Assembly (NCBI RefSeq): GCF_988242995.1 | Contig: NZ_OZ547043.1 | Length of the DNA stretch: 64,000 bases | Reading direction: 5' to 3' (one strand) | Shown here: positions 44,444 to 54,837 of the stretch, one piece after another | How positions within the stretch are numbered: the stretch's first letter is position 1 | How the letters are laid out: the number at the start of each line of letters is the position of its first letter | Translations under genes and position numbers: made by a program | Notes under the pieces: model-generated | Told to the model about the DNA's origin: nothing | Database searches by the model: none | The model's input: only the letters and a program-made list of their open reading frames with translations

Positions 44444-44727
44444 AACTTCCCGACGCAAAGTGATTAAAAGGGAGCCAATACAGGCAAGTCGTTGAGAATA
44501 AAGTGCAGGTTAAACTGGGTAAAGCGGCATCGTCTTATTTCCCTCAAGCGGCCTGTTTACGGTGGGTGATTGTAACGGGCATAGGTTAAATAAAACTTAA
44601 AGAAAGCGTAGCTATACTCGCGATAATGTAAGAATGTGCTTAACCGTGGTTTCAGCTACAAAATTCGCTTTCTCGTTAGCTGCGCTTTTATTAAACTTTG
44701 CGCGATTATTATTGGCGAAGAAATTGC

Positions 44728-45960
44728 ATGCAAAATAAATTAGCTTCCGGTGCCAGGCTTGGACGTCAGGCGTTACTTTTCCCTCTCTGTCTGGTGCTTT
44801 ACGAATTTTCAACCTATATCGGCAACGATATGATTCAACCCGGTATGTTGGCCGTGGTGGAACAATATCAGGCGGGCATTGATTGGGTTCCTACTTCGAT
44901 GACTGCGTATCTGGCGGGCGGGATGTTTTTACAATGGCTCCTGGGGCCGCTGTCGGATCGTATTGGCCGCCGTCCGGTGATGCTGGCGGGAGTGGTGTGG
45001 TTTATCGTCACCTGTCTGGCAATATTACTGGCGCAAAACATTGAACAATTCACCCTGTTGCGCTTCTTGCAGGGCATAAGCCTCTGTTTCATTGGCGCTG
45101 TGGGATACGCCGCAATTCAGGAATCCTTCGAAGAGGCGGTTTGTATCAAGATCACCGCGCTAATGGCGAACGTGGCGCTGATTGCTCCGCTACTTGGTCC
45201 GCTGGTGGGCGCGGCGTGGATCCATGTGCTGCCCTGGGAAGGGATGTTTGTCTTGTTTGCTGCATTGGCAGCGATCTCCTTTTTCGGTCTGCAACGAGCT
45301 ATGCCTGAAACCGCCACGCGTATAGGCGAGAAACTGTCGCTGAAAGAACTCGGTCGTGACTATAAGCTGGTGCTGAAGAACGGCCGCTTTGTGGCGGGGG
45401 CGCTGGCGCTGGGATTCGTTAGCCTGCCGTTGTTGGCGTGGATCGCCCAGTCGCCGATTATCATTATTACCGGTGAGCAGTTGAGCAGCTATGAATATGG
45501 TTTGCTGCAAGTGCCTATTTTCGGGGCGTTAATTGCGGGTAACTTGCTGTTAGCGCGTCTGACCTCGCGCCGCACCGTACGTTCGCTGATTATTATGGGC
45601 GGATGGCCGATTATGATTGGTCTGTTGGTCGCTGCTGCGGCAACGGTTATCTCATCGCACGCGTATTTATGGATGACCGTCGGGTTAAGTATTTATGCTT
45701 TCGGCATTGGTCTGGCGAATGCGGGACTGGTGCGATTAACTCTGTTTGCCAGCGATATGAGTAAAGGTACGGTTTCTGCGGCGATGGGAATGCTGCAAAT
45801 GCTGATCTTTACCGTCGGTATTGAAATCAGCAAACATGCCTGGCTGAACGGGGGCAACGGACTGTTTAATCTCTTCAACCTTGTCAACGGAATTTTGTGG
45901 CTGTTGCTGATGGTTATCTTTTTAAAAGATAAACAGATGGGAAATTCGCACGAAGGATAA
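44728..45960 (+). CDS. mdfA: Multidrug efflux MFS transporter
   Basis: Start [40 protein letters not shown]...; 410 aa; matches MdfA/Cmr. Confidence 0.9.
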   Translation: MQNKLASGARLGRQALLFPLCLVLYEFSTYIGNDMIQPGMLAVVEQYQAGIDWVPTSMTAYLAGGMFLQWLLGPLSDRIGRRPVMLAGVVWFIVTCLAILLAQNIEQFTLLRFLQGISLCFIGAVGYAAIQESFEEAVCIKITALMANVALIAPLLGPLVGAAWIHVLPWEGMFVLFAALAAISFFGLQRAMPETATRIGEKLSLKELGRDYKLVLKNGRFVAGALALGFVSLPLLAWIAQSPIIIITGEQLSSYEYGLLQVPIFGALIAGNLLLARLTSRRTVRSLIIMGGWPIMIGLLVAAAATVISSHAYLWMTVGLSIYAFGIGLANAGLVRLTLFASDMSKGTVSAAMGMLQMLIFTVGIEISKHAWLNGGNGLFNLFNLVNGILWLLLMVIFLKDKQMGNSHEG

Positions 45961-45964
45961 AAAA

Positions 45965-45993
45965 ATGCCTGATTGCTTTGTGCGATCAGGCAT
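45965..45993. terminator. Hairpin between the convergent mdfA and ybjH (GCCTGAT ... ATCAGGC)
   Basis: 7-bp stem with a 5-A run on the plus-strand 5' side, giving a U-run for the minus-strand transcript. Confidence 0.5.
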
Positions 45994-46000
45994 TCTCAAA

Positions 46001-46285
46001 TTAATGGTGATGGTCGTCAATCTGGTGTTCGATAACCATCCCTTCACCTACGCTGGCAAGATGGCGAACATAAGGATGCGGGCGGTAAGCCGGAGCTGGC
46101 GCGGGAGCCACATAGACGGTTTGCGGCACAGTCGCGACGCTGACCGCTTGTGGAACGCTGACTGAATCAGGAACCACAACCACTTTGTATCCACTCGGCA
46201 CATCGACGGTGACACTTTGCGCCATCGCCACACCAGTAAAGCCCATTAAAAGCGCGCCCAACAGTAGACAATTTTTCATAATCAT
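46001..46285 (-). CDS. ybjH: Small periplasmic protein (DUF1471-like), signal peptide
   Basis: 94-aa ORF MIMKNCLLLGALLMGFTGVAMA...; matches YbjH. Confidence 0.85.
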   Translation of the reverse strand: MIMKNCLLLGALLMGFTGVAMAQSVTVDVPSGYKVVVVPDSVSVPQAVSVATVPQTVYVAPAPAPAYRPHPYVRHLASVGEGMVIEHQIDDHHH

Positions 46286-46369
46286 TTCGCCTGAAATAAT
46301 GCAGCGGGTTAATTTGCGCGAATTATGCAGCCTTCATTCAGGTATTGTGTTGCCGGGCGTGCTGCCGTT

Positions 46370-47185
46370 TTATTGGTTAAATGGCGCTTCGTGTTTAAGC
46401 ACTTTATCGATCACATCCAGTACGCCTTCACGGTTATTGGAGCCTGCCCGGTATTTTGCCGCTGCGACGACCGCGCTGCCGGCATTTTCCATTGCAAAAC
46501 TAAAGCCTGCCTGACGCAGCATCTCAATATCGTTACCGCCATCGCCAAAGACCACCACTTCGCTGTCGTCTATTCCCCATAATTTCTGCAGTTGGCGAAG
46601 GCCATTGGCTTTATGTACGCCGGGGATAATCAGATCGATACTGCCGTTGCCGGTGTGGACCGGCACCATAATATCGCCGATGGCCTCATGTAATGCTTTT
46701 TGTACTTGTGGAATCAGTTCATCGGAAAGATTCAGACCAAACTTAAAGAAGATATCTTCTAAGTTGTCAAAGTTATCGACGTATTCCAGACGGTGATAAT
46801 ACATTTCCGCCACCGTTTTCATGGCATCGTCATATTTTTTGAGGGTATAGGCGCTATTTTTTCCGCAGGCAATAATTTCCACTTCCGGGCGCGTCAGCAA
46901 ATGTTCCACGACAGTAGCAAACGCATCCTTCGACAGCTCGCCATTAAAAACATCTTTGCCTTCGCTCACTACCCAGCCGCCGTTTTCAGCCACAAAGGCT
47001 ATTTCATTAGCAATTTCCGGAAAGAAAGAGATCAACTGATAATATTGATTCCCGCTGGCGACCACAAAGCGAATGCCTTGTGCTTTCATTTGCTGATACT
47101 GAGCCATAAACCGCTCACGGTTATAGGTTTTTTGATCGCTTAAGAAAGTACCATCCATGTCTACCGCAATTAATTTAATGCTCAT
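46370..47185 (-). CDS. ybjI: HAD-superfamily phosphatase (5-amino-6-(5-phospho-D-ribitylamino)uracil phosphatase)
   Basis: Start [15 protein letters not shown]; 271 aa; paralogue of ybiV. Confidence 0.9.
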   Translation of the reverse strand: MSIKLIAVDMDGTFLSDQKTYNRERFMAQYQQMKAQGIRFVVASGNQYYQLISFFPEIANEIAFVAENGGWVVSEGKDVFNGELSKDAFATVVEHLLTRPEVEIIACGKNSAYTLKKYDDAMKTVAEMYYHRLEYVDNFDNLEDIFFKFGLNLSDELIPQVQKALHEAIGDIMVPVHTGNGSIDLIIPGVHKANGLRQLQKLWGIDDSEVVVFGDGGNDIEMLRQAGFSFAMENAGSAVVAAAKYRAGSNNREGVLDVIDKVLKHEAPFNQ

Positions 47186-48393
47186 CAACTATTCTCCATC
47201 GCCGTCTGCGTTTTGGTATCGGGTTTGGCGACGGCTTTCGCGACAATAGCCGCGAGAATAACCAGCGCCAGTACAACCAGCATTGCACTACGTAATCCAT
47301 AATGTTCGCCGAGATAGCCCAGCAGTGGCGGCCCGACGAGGAAAGCCAGATAACCGGTCGTTGCTACCACACTGACGCGGGTTGGTGCATCGGGGCCGGT
47401 ATCGCTGGCGGCAGAAATGGTCAGCGGGAAGCCCAGCGAGGCACCCAGTCCCCAAAGTACAACAGACACCCCAGCGACCCAGGCGCTATCGACAAAAATA
47501 ATCAGCCCAATACCCAACGCTCCCATTAGTGCACTGGCCCGAACCACGGCAACGCGACTGTAACGGTCGATGAACCAACCGCCGGTAAAGCGTCCAACAG
47601 TCATCCCCAGGGTAAAACCGGCATAAATCAGCGAGCCGGAAGTAGGGCTAAAACCGTGACCGTCAACCATTAATAAGGGTAACCAGTCGTTGGCAGAACC
47701 TTCGGCAAAGGCCATCGCCAGCACCACAACACCAATCAGCAGCAACTGGATATCGCGATAAAAAGGTACGCCTTTTTCACCATGCTGGGTGCCATCGGCA
47801 GCATTTTTGCCCGTACCGTCAGGGATTGCCTGAATGGCGATATAAATAGGCGCGATGCCTACCAGCGCCGCCAATAAAATGTGCACCGTTGCCGGAACGC
47901 CAAAGGCCGTCAGTGCCATCCCGACACCAGCGCCTGCCAGCGTGCCCAGGCTATAAAAACCGTGCATCATCGGCAAAACCGTCTTATTCATTTCTCGCTC
48001 AACGGCAGCACCTTCAACGTTTATCGCCACTTCCGCAGAACCAAAACTTGCCCCAAAGACGCCGAGGCCAACCGCGAAGAGCAGGGGCGATGTCAGCCAG
48101 AGTGCCAGACTTAGTATCATCATCCCGATCAATGCGCAGGACATCGTGACCAGGATGACATTACGCGTCCCAAAGCGTTTCACTAACCACGCCGAGCAGA
48201 GAATACCGCTCATTGAACCGATCGACAGACCAAAGAGGACTCCGCCCATTTCAGCGATCGAAACAGAAAGAATATCGCGGATAGCAGGCGTACGGGTTGC
48301 CCAGGACGCCATTAACAGGCCCGGCAAAAAGAAGAACATAAACAGCGCCCAGGTTCGGCGTTTCAATGCATTACGTGAAGAATTTACGGTCAT
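47185..48393 (-). CDS. ybjJ: MFS transporter
   Basis: 402-aa polytopic ORF; matches YbjJ. Confidence 0.9.
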
Positions 48394-48476
48394 AGATCAC
48401 GTCAAAATAAGAAGAGGGAAGACAACATTAGCAAGGTTGTGTACATTTGTACACAATTGCAGAGAGAGGAAATGAC

Positions 48477-49013
48477 ATGCGTCGCGCTAACGATCCGCAA
48501 CGGCGAGAAAAAATTATCCAGGCCACGCTGGAGGCGGTGAAACTTTACGGAATACATGCTGTTACGCACCGCAAAATTGCTACCCTTGCCGGGGTACCGT
48601 TGGGGTCGATGACCTACTATTTTTCAGGAATTGATGAGTTGTTGCTGGAGGCGTTCAGCAGTTTTACTGAGATCATGTCCCGGCAATATCAGGCATTTTT
48701 TAGCGATGTTAGTGATGCTCAAGGCGCATGCCAGGCTATCACCGATATGATCTACAGCTCACAGGTTGCAACGCCGGATAACATGGAGCTGATGTACCAG
48801 CTCTACGCGCTGGCTAGCCGAAAACCGCTATTAAAAACGGTAATGCAAAACTGGATGCAGCGCAGTCAGCAAACGCTCGAACAATGGTTTGAACCCGGAA
48901 CCGCCCGCGCGCTTGATGCGTTTATTGAGGGGATGACGCTGCATTTTGTCACCGACCGTAAGCCGCTATCGCGCGAGGAGATTTTGAGGATGGTTGAGAG
49001 GGTTGCAGGGTAG
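48477..49013 (+). CDS. rcdA: TetR-family transcriptional regulator
   Basis: Start [49 protein letters not shown] (TetR HTH); 178 aa. Confidence 0.9.
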   Translation: MRRANDPQRREKIIQATLEAVKLYGIHAVTHRKIATLAGVPLGSMTYYFSGIDELLLEAFSSFTEIMSRQYQAFFSDVSDAQGACQAITDMIYSSQVATPDNMELMYQLYALASRKPLLKTVMQNWMQRSQQTLEQWFEPGTARALDAFIEGMTLHFVTDRKPLSREEILRMVERVAG

Positions 49014-49032
49014 TAGATAAATTATAGGCAAC

Positions 49033-49111
49033 AAAAAACCCACCAACCTTGAACCGAAATGGCGGGGTTGATGGGCTCCACAAAATGGGGACATCAAAGA
49101 AAAGCAGTGGC
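49033..49111 (-). ncRNA. rybB: RybB small RNA (sigma-E-dependent, represses OMP mRNAs)
   Basis: Minus strand reads GCCACTGCTTTTCTTTGATGTCCCCATTTTGTGGAGCCCATCAACCCCGCCATTTCGGTTCAAGGTTGGTGGGTTTTTT, which is the RybB sequence as I recall it, ending in a terminator hairpin plus U-tract. Confidence 0.9.
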
Positions 49112-49146
49112 ACTAATTAAGACTGATGCCCTGCGGAAAAGTTCTG
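49112..49146 (-). promoter_or_regulatory. Sigma-E-type promoter of rybB (-35 GAACTT, -10 TCTTAA-like)
   Basis: Minus strand upstream of the RybB 5' end reads GCAGAACTTTTCCGCAGGGCATCAGTCTTAATTAGT. Confidence 0.6.
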
Positions 49147-49187
49147 CGGTTGTGCAAAAAAATTTCATTTTCAGGGCAACTTCAGTT

Positions 49188-50873
49188 TTATCCTAATCCT
49201 GGCCATACCATGACGATGATTGTCCCTGCCAGCGTCAGCAGGACGTTGGCGATTGCGTAAGTGCCCGCATAGCCCAGCGCCGGGATATTACTGCGAGCTG
49301 TATCACTGATGATCTCCATTGCCGGCGCGCAGGTGCGTGCGCCCATCATTGCGCCGAACAACAGTGCGCGGTTCATTCGCAATACATAAGCACCGAACAA
49401 GAAGCAGATAACCACTGGCACCAGACTGACAATCAATCCGGCAATCAACATCTGACCGCCAATCGCGCCCAGGCCGTTATTAATACCGCTACCAGCGCTC
49501 AGACCAACGCCTGCCATAAACACCATCAAGCCGAACTCCTTCACCATGCTTAATGCGCCCTGCGGAATGTAACCGAAGGTCGGGTGGTTAGCACGCATAA
49601 AGCCCAGCATAATTCCGGCGAATAACAACCCGGCAGCGTTTCCCATGCCGAAACTGAATGTGCTGAACTGGAAGGTGATCATCCCGATCATCAGCCCAAT
49701 AACAAAGAAGGCGCAGAATGCCAGCAAGTCAGTGACCTGGCTGTGAATCGAGATAAAGCCGATGCGATCGGCGATGGTTTTTACGCGACGGGCATCGCCG
49801 CTGACTTGTAAAACGTCACCTTTGTTAAGCACGACGTTGTCATCAATCGGCATCTCAATCTGGCTACGAATGACGCGGTTAAGGAAGCAACCGTGATCGG
49901 TCAACTTCAGTTGTGCCAGGCGTTTGCCAACAGCGTTATGGTTTTTAACGACCACTTCTTCAGTGACGATACGCATGTCGAGAAGGTCACGATCGAAAAC
50001 TTCTTTGCCATTACGGAAGCTGGGATCGAGTCGGGCGTGGGCGTCGGGGTAGCCTACCAACGCTATTTCATCGCCCATTTGTAGCACGGCATCACCGTCT
50101 GGATTTGCCAGAATCCCGTTACGCCGAATACGTTCAATGTAGCAGCCGGTTTGTCGATAAATACCCAGTTCACGCAGATTTTTGCCGTCGGTCCAGGCTA
50201 CCAGCTCCGGGCCGACGCGGTAGGCGCGGATCACCGGCAAATAAACCTTACGGTTGGCATCTGTGTCCAGGCCACGTTCGCGGGCGATTTGCTGGGCGCT
50301 GGTCTGTAAGTCCTGATGCTGCAATTTCGGCAAGTAACGCGCACCAACAATCAAACTCACCAGACCGATTAAATAGGTTAAGGCATACCCGAGGCTCAGA
50401 TTATCCAGTGCCAGTGAGAGCTGCCTGCTTTCCATGCCGGAATGACGCAGTGTATCGCCAGCACCGACCAAAACCGGTGTTGACGTCATAGAGCCTGCTA
50501 ACATACCGGCCGTCAGGCCAATATCCCAGCCAAACAGCTTACCTAACCCTAAGGCGATCACCAGCGCACTGCCAACCATCACCAGTGCTAACATTAGGTA
50601 ATTTTTCCCATCGCGAAAAAAAATGGAAAAAAAGTTCGGTCCGGCTTCGACCCCGACGCAGAAAATAAACAGCATAAAGCCAAGATTAAGCGCGTCGGTG
50701 TTAATGCTGAAATGTTGTTGGCCTAATAACAGCGATACGACTAAAACGCCAATGGAATTACCCAGTTGGATCGAACCAAGTCGTAATTTCCCGAGACATA
50801 GCCCAAGCGCGAGGACCACAAATAATAACAGAATGTAATTCCCATTTAACAATTCGGCGACGTTTATATTCAC
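49188..50873 (-). CDS. ybjL: Putative transporter with two TrkA-C (RCK C-terminal) domains
   Basis: 561-aa membrane ORF; matches YbjL. Confidence 0.9.
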
Positions 50874-51142
50874 GGAGGCTAACTTCTTGTTTACTAGTAA
50901 GCTGTTGAAAGAAATGGTAATTTACGATAATGTTTTTTACCAGAATTCAGGGCGCAGATTCATTCAGCGCACCTAAACGATAGTAAAGTAACAATATATT
51001 TTACTAGTGTAATCACATTAGGTATCAACGGCTATATGAATTGCGTTGGCCTATATTAGCATGGAATGCGAAGCGGCTTTATCTTACTGAACGCCACACT
51101 GGCGAAAAATGTGTTCGATAGACGCAGTGTCAGGAGGAACGA

Positions 51143-51520
51143 GTGAAACATAAACAACGTTGGGCGGGGGCAATCTGCTGTTTTGTCCTCTTCATTGTGG
51201 TGTGCCTTTTTCTGGCGACGCACATGAAAGGCGCTTTTCGGGCTGCCGGGCATCCTGAAATCGGCTTGCTGTTTTTCATTCTTCCTGGAGCAGTTGCCAG
51301 CTTCTTTTCACAGCGTAGAGAAGTCCTGAAACCTCTGTTTGGCGCAATGCTGGCGGCACCCTGTTCAATGCTTATTATGCGGCTGTTTTTTTCACCGACC
51401 CGCTCATTCTGGCAAGAGCTGGCATGGTTACTAAGCGCGGTGTTCTGGTGTGCGCTGGGGGCACTGTGTTTCTTATTTATCAGTAGTTTGTTTAAACCAC
51501 AGCACAGAAAAAATCAGTAA
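51143..51520 (+). CDS. ybjM: Inner membrane protein
   Basis: 125-aa hydrophobic ORF starting at a GTG with SD AGGAGG; matches YbjM. Confidence 0.85.
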   Translation: MKHKQRWAGAICCFVLFIVVCLFLATHMKGAFRAAGHPEIGLLFFILPGAVASFFSQRREVLKPLFGAMLAAPCSMLIMRLFFSPTRSFWQELAWLLSAVFWCALGALCFLFISSLFKPQHRKNQ

Positions 51521-51549
51521 AGCCCTCAACGCGAGGGCTTGTCAGACGA

Positions 51550-51807
51550 TCAGGCGTCCAGATTTTCTTTCACCCATGCAGCAAAATCGGTATAGCCGCC
51601 GATATGTTGCTGATCGACAAAAATCTGCGGCACGGTTTCTACGGGTTTACCTGCCTTTTGTTGTAGATCTTCTTTAGTGATCCCTTCCGCACGAATATCT
51701 ACATACTGATACTGAAAATCATCGCGTTCATTGCTCAATTTCTCAGCCAGATCTTTTGCACGCACACAGTAAGGGCAACCCGGACGACCAAAAATAACGG
51801 TTTGCAT
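51550..51807 (-). CDS. grxA: Glutaredoxin 1
   Basis: Start MQTVIFGRPGCPYCVRAKDLAEKL (CPYC active site); 85 aa. Confidence 0.95.
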   Translation of the reverse strand: MQTVIFGRPGCPYCVRAKDLAEKLSNERDDFQYQYVDIRAEGITKEDLQQKAGKPVETVPQIFVDQQHIGGYTDFAAWVKENLDA

Positions 51808-51966
51808 TATTTCTCTCCTCATAGATTTATGCCTGTAATGATCACGCTAAAATGTATTCGCTGAAAGTAGGTTTAACCTGTTGCATTAATTGCTAAAAGC
51901 TATAACTGTTAAACACAATACAGTGAAAAGTTTTAGACTGAAGGCTCACTTTGCAGAGGGAAGCGT

Positions 51967-52254
51967 ATGCGCGCGATCGGTAAATTGCCTAAAAGCGTGT
52001 TGATACTGGAATTTATCGGAATGATGTTGCTGGCGGTGGCGCTGCTGTCGGTAAGCGACTCCCTGTCGCTGCCTGAGCTATTTTCTCGGCCAGAAGTGCA
52101 GATTCTGATGATTTTTCTCGGTGTTTTGCTCATGCTTCCCGCTGCGGTGGTGGTTATTTTTCAGGTGGCAAAACGTCTTGCCCCACAGCTGATGAACCGT
52201 CCACCGCAATATTCACGTTCAGAAAGAGAAAAAGATAATGACGCCAACCATTGA
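51967..52254 (+). CDS. ybjC: Small membrane protein
   Basis: 95-aa ORF upstream of and overlapping nfsA; matches YbjC. Confidence 0.85.
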   Translation: MRAIGKLPKSVLILEFIGMMLLAVALLSVSDSLSLPELFSRPEVQILMIFLGVLLMLPAAVVVIFQVAKRLAPQLMNRPPQYSRSEREKDNDANH

Positions 52255-52960
52255 ACTTATTTGTGGCCATCGCTCCATTCGCCATTTCACTGATGAACCC
52301 ATTTCCGAAGCGCAGCGTGAGGCGATTATTAACAGCGCCCGTGCGACGTCCAGTTCCAGTTTTTTGCAGTGCAGTAGCATTATTCGCATTACCGACAAAG
52401 CGTTACGTGATGAACTGGTGACGCTGACCGGCGGGCAAAAACACGTAGCGCAAGCGGCGGAGTTCTGGGTGTTCTGTGCCGACTTTAACCGCCATTTACA
52501 GATCTGTCCGGATGCACAACTTGGCCTGGCGGAACAACTGTTGCTCGGTGTCGTTGATACGGCAATGATGGCGCAGAATGCATTAACCGCAGCGGAATCG
52601 CTGGGATTGGGCGGGGTATATATCGGCGGCCTGCGCAATAATATTGAAGCGGTGACGGAACTTCTGAAATTACCGCAGCATGTTCTGCCGCTGTTTGGGC
52701 TGTGCCTTGGCTGGCCTGCGGATAATCCAGATCTGAAGCCGCGTTTACCGGCCTCCATTTTGGTGCATGAAAACAGCTATCAACCGCTGGATAAAGACGC
52801 ACTGGCGCAGTATGACGAACAACTGGCGGAATATTACCTCACCCGTGGCAGCAATAATCGCCGGGATACCTGGAGCGATCATATCCGCCGAACAATCATT
52901 AAAGAAAGCCGCCCATTTATTCTGGATTATTTGCACAAACAGGGTTGGGCGACGCGCTAA
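52238..52960 (+). CDS. nfsA: Oxygen-insensitive NADPH nitroreductase
   Basis: 240-aa ORF MTPTIELICGHRSIRHFTDEPISEAQREAIINSARATSSSSFLQ...; matches NfsA. Confidence 0.95.
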   Translation: MTPTIELICGHRSIRHFTDEPISEAQREAIINSARATSSSSFLQCSSIIRITDKALRDELVTLTGGQKHVAQAAEFWVFCADFNRHLQICPDAQLGLAEQLLLGVVDTAMMAQNALTAAESLGLGGVYIGGLRNNIEAVTELLKLPQHVLPLFGLCLGWPADNPDLKPRLPASILVHENSYQPLDKDALAQYDEQLAEYYLTRGSNNRRDTWSDHIRRTIIKESRPFILDYLHKQGWATR

Positions 52961-53020
52961 AACCGCCACATCGATGTATGATACGCGGGCTTTTGACCAG
53001 GTCTGACAGAGAGGTGCAGG

Positions 53021-53923
53021 GTGAAAATTGCCATATTGTCCCGGGATGGAACGCTCTATTCGTGTAAGCGGCTGCGTGAAGCCGCTATACAGCGCGGTCA
53101 CCTGGTTGAAATTCTTGATCCGCTTTCTTGCTACATGAACATAAATCCTGCGGCGTCTTCTATTCACTACAAAGGCCGCAAGTTACCCCATTTTGACGCA
53201 GTGATCCCGCGTATTGGCACCGCCATTACCTTTTATGGGACGGCGGCACTGCGCCAGTTCGAGATGCTGGGGAGCTATCCGCTCAATGAGTCGGTCGCCA
53301 TTGCCCGGGCGCGTGACAAATTGCGTTCCATGCAACTGCTGGCGCGTCAGGGCATCGACCTGCCTGTCACGGGCATTGCGCATTCGCCGGATGATACCAG
53401 CGATTTAATCGACATGGTCGGTGGTGCGCCGCTGGTGGTCAAGCTGGTTGAAGGCACGCAGGGAATTGGTGTCGTGCTGGCGGAGACGCGCCAGGCGGCG
53501 GAAAGCGTGATTGACGCTTTCCGCGGTCTGAACGCGCATATTCTGGTGCAGGAATATATCAAAGAGGCGCAAGGGTGCGATATCCGCTGTCTGGTTGTTG
53601 GCGATGAAGTGGTCGCTGCGATTGAACGGCGGGCGAAAGAGGGCGATTTTCGTTCCAATTTGCATCGTGGCGGCGCGGCAAGCGTCGCCAGTATCACACC
53701 ACAGGAGCGTGAAATCGCGATAAAAGCCGCGCGAACGATGGCGCTGGACGTTGCTGGTGTGGATATTCTGCGTGCTAATCGCGGGCCGTTGGTGATGGAA
53801 GTGAATGCGTCGCCGGGGCTGGAAGGAATAGAAAAAACCACCGGTATCGACATCGCGGGTAAAATGATCCGCTGGATCGAACGCCACGCTACGACAGAAT
53901 ATTGCCTGAAAACGGGTGGTTAG
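53021..53923 (+). CDS. rimK: Ribosomal protein S6 glutamate ligase (ATP-grasp)
   Basis: 300-aa ORF starting at a GTG ([18 protein letters not shown]...); matches RimK. Confidence 0.95.
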   Translation: MKIAILSRDGTLYSCKRLREAAIQRGHLVEILDPLSCYMNINPAASSIHYKGRKLPHFDAVIPRIGTAITFYGTAALRQFEMLGSYPLNESVAIARARDKLRSMQLLARQGIDLPVTGIAHSPDDTSDLIDMVGGAPLVVKLVEGTQGIGVVLAETRQAAESVIDAFRGLNAHILVQEYIKEAQGCDIRCLVVGDEVVAAIERRAKEGDFRSNLHRGGAASVASITPQEREIAIKAARTMALDVAGVDILRANRGPLVMEVNASPGLEGIEKTTGIDIAGKMIRWIERHATTEYCLKTGG

Positions 53924-54010
53924 TCGCAATCACATTACTGATCATGGTTTTGCCTGCGCTTTTTGCGTAAGCTGTGCCGGTCTTTTTATCGAAAGAGGTT
54001 GTACAAAATT

Positions 54011-54487
54011 ATGACATCGCTGGTCGTTCCTGGTCTGGATACGCTGCGTCAATGGCTCGATGACCTGGGGATGAGTTTTTTTGAATGTGATAACTGTCAG
54101 GCTCTGCATCTGCCCCATATGCAGAATTTCGACGGTGTCTTTGATGCCAAAATCGATCTGATCGATAACACGATCCTGTTTTCTGCCATGGCGGAAGTCC
54201 GACCTTCAGCCGTATTGCCCCTGGCGGCAGATTTATCTGCCATCAATGCCAGTTCGCTGACCGTGAAAGCATTTCTTGATATGCAGGATGATAATCTGCC
54301 AAAGCTGGTGGTTTGCCAGTCTTTATCCGTTATGCAGGGCGTAACCTATGAGCAGTTTGCATGGTTCGTGCGTCAGAGCGAAGAGCAGATTTCGATGGTC
54401 ATTCTTGAAGCTAATGCCCATCAACTGCTGTTACCGACTGACGATGAAGGGCAAAACAACGTTACCGAAAACTATTTCCTCCACTGA
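54011..54487 (+). CDS. ybjN: YbjN-family protein (putative sensory transduction regulator)
   Basis: Start MTSLVVPGLDTLRQWLDDLGMSFFECDNC...; 158 aa. Confidence 0.9.
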   Translation: MTSLVVPGLDTLRQWLDDLGMSFFECDNCQALHLPHMQNFDGVFDAKIDLIDNTILFSAMAEVRPSAVLPLAADLSAINASSLTVKAFLDMQDDNLPKLVVCQSLSVMQGVTYEQFAWFVRQSEEQISMVILEANAHQLLLPTDDEGQNNVTENYFLH

Positions 54488-54761
54488 TAACTCCTTTCGA
54501 GTACGCAGTCGCTGCCGCAGTGACTGCGTGCTGCAAAATTATCTGCTGTTTTTAACCTTTTCTTAAAGATTATTTCACTTCTCTTGTGCCGATTTGGCTT
54601 TATCACATAGAGCAAATACGCATAAAAATTTGTTAAATACCGTTTTTTAATCCGAGCTATAGTCTCAAACCCTGGCTAAAGTTATTCTTGCGATGCTTTT
54701 ATATAGCGAGCAGTGCTGGCCGGGAGAGAGTTCTCTTTTCTTACACCGCGCCGATAAAAAA

Positions 54762-54781
54762 TATGCACGTTTATTGCATAT
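54762..54781 (+). promoter_or_regulatory. Sigma-54-like element upstream of potF (TGCACG-N4-TTGCA)
   Basis: atatGCACGtttaTTGCAtat has correct spacing and the -12 GC, but one G of the -24 GG is missing (TG). It lies about 55 bp upstream of the potF ATG. Weak call. Confidence 0.3.
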
Positions 54782-54837
54782 CTTTCAGTGTGACAACTTT
54801 TGTTCGTTTGTTAACGAACTTTCAGAAGGAAAGAGAT

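Noticed and set aside
53347-53929. Two minus-strand ORFs (168 and 174 aa) antisense to rimK
   Set aside because: Completely contained within rimK with no independent signals; shadow ORFs.
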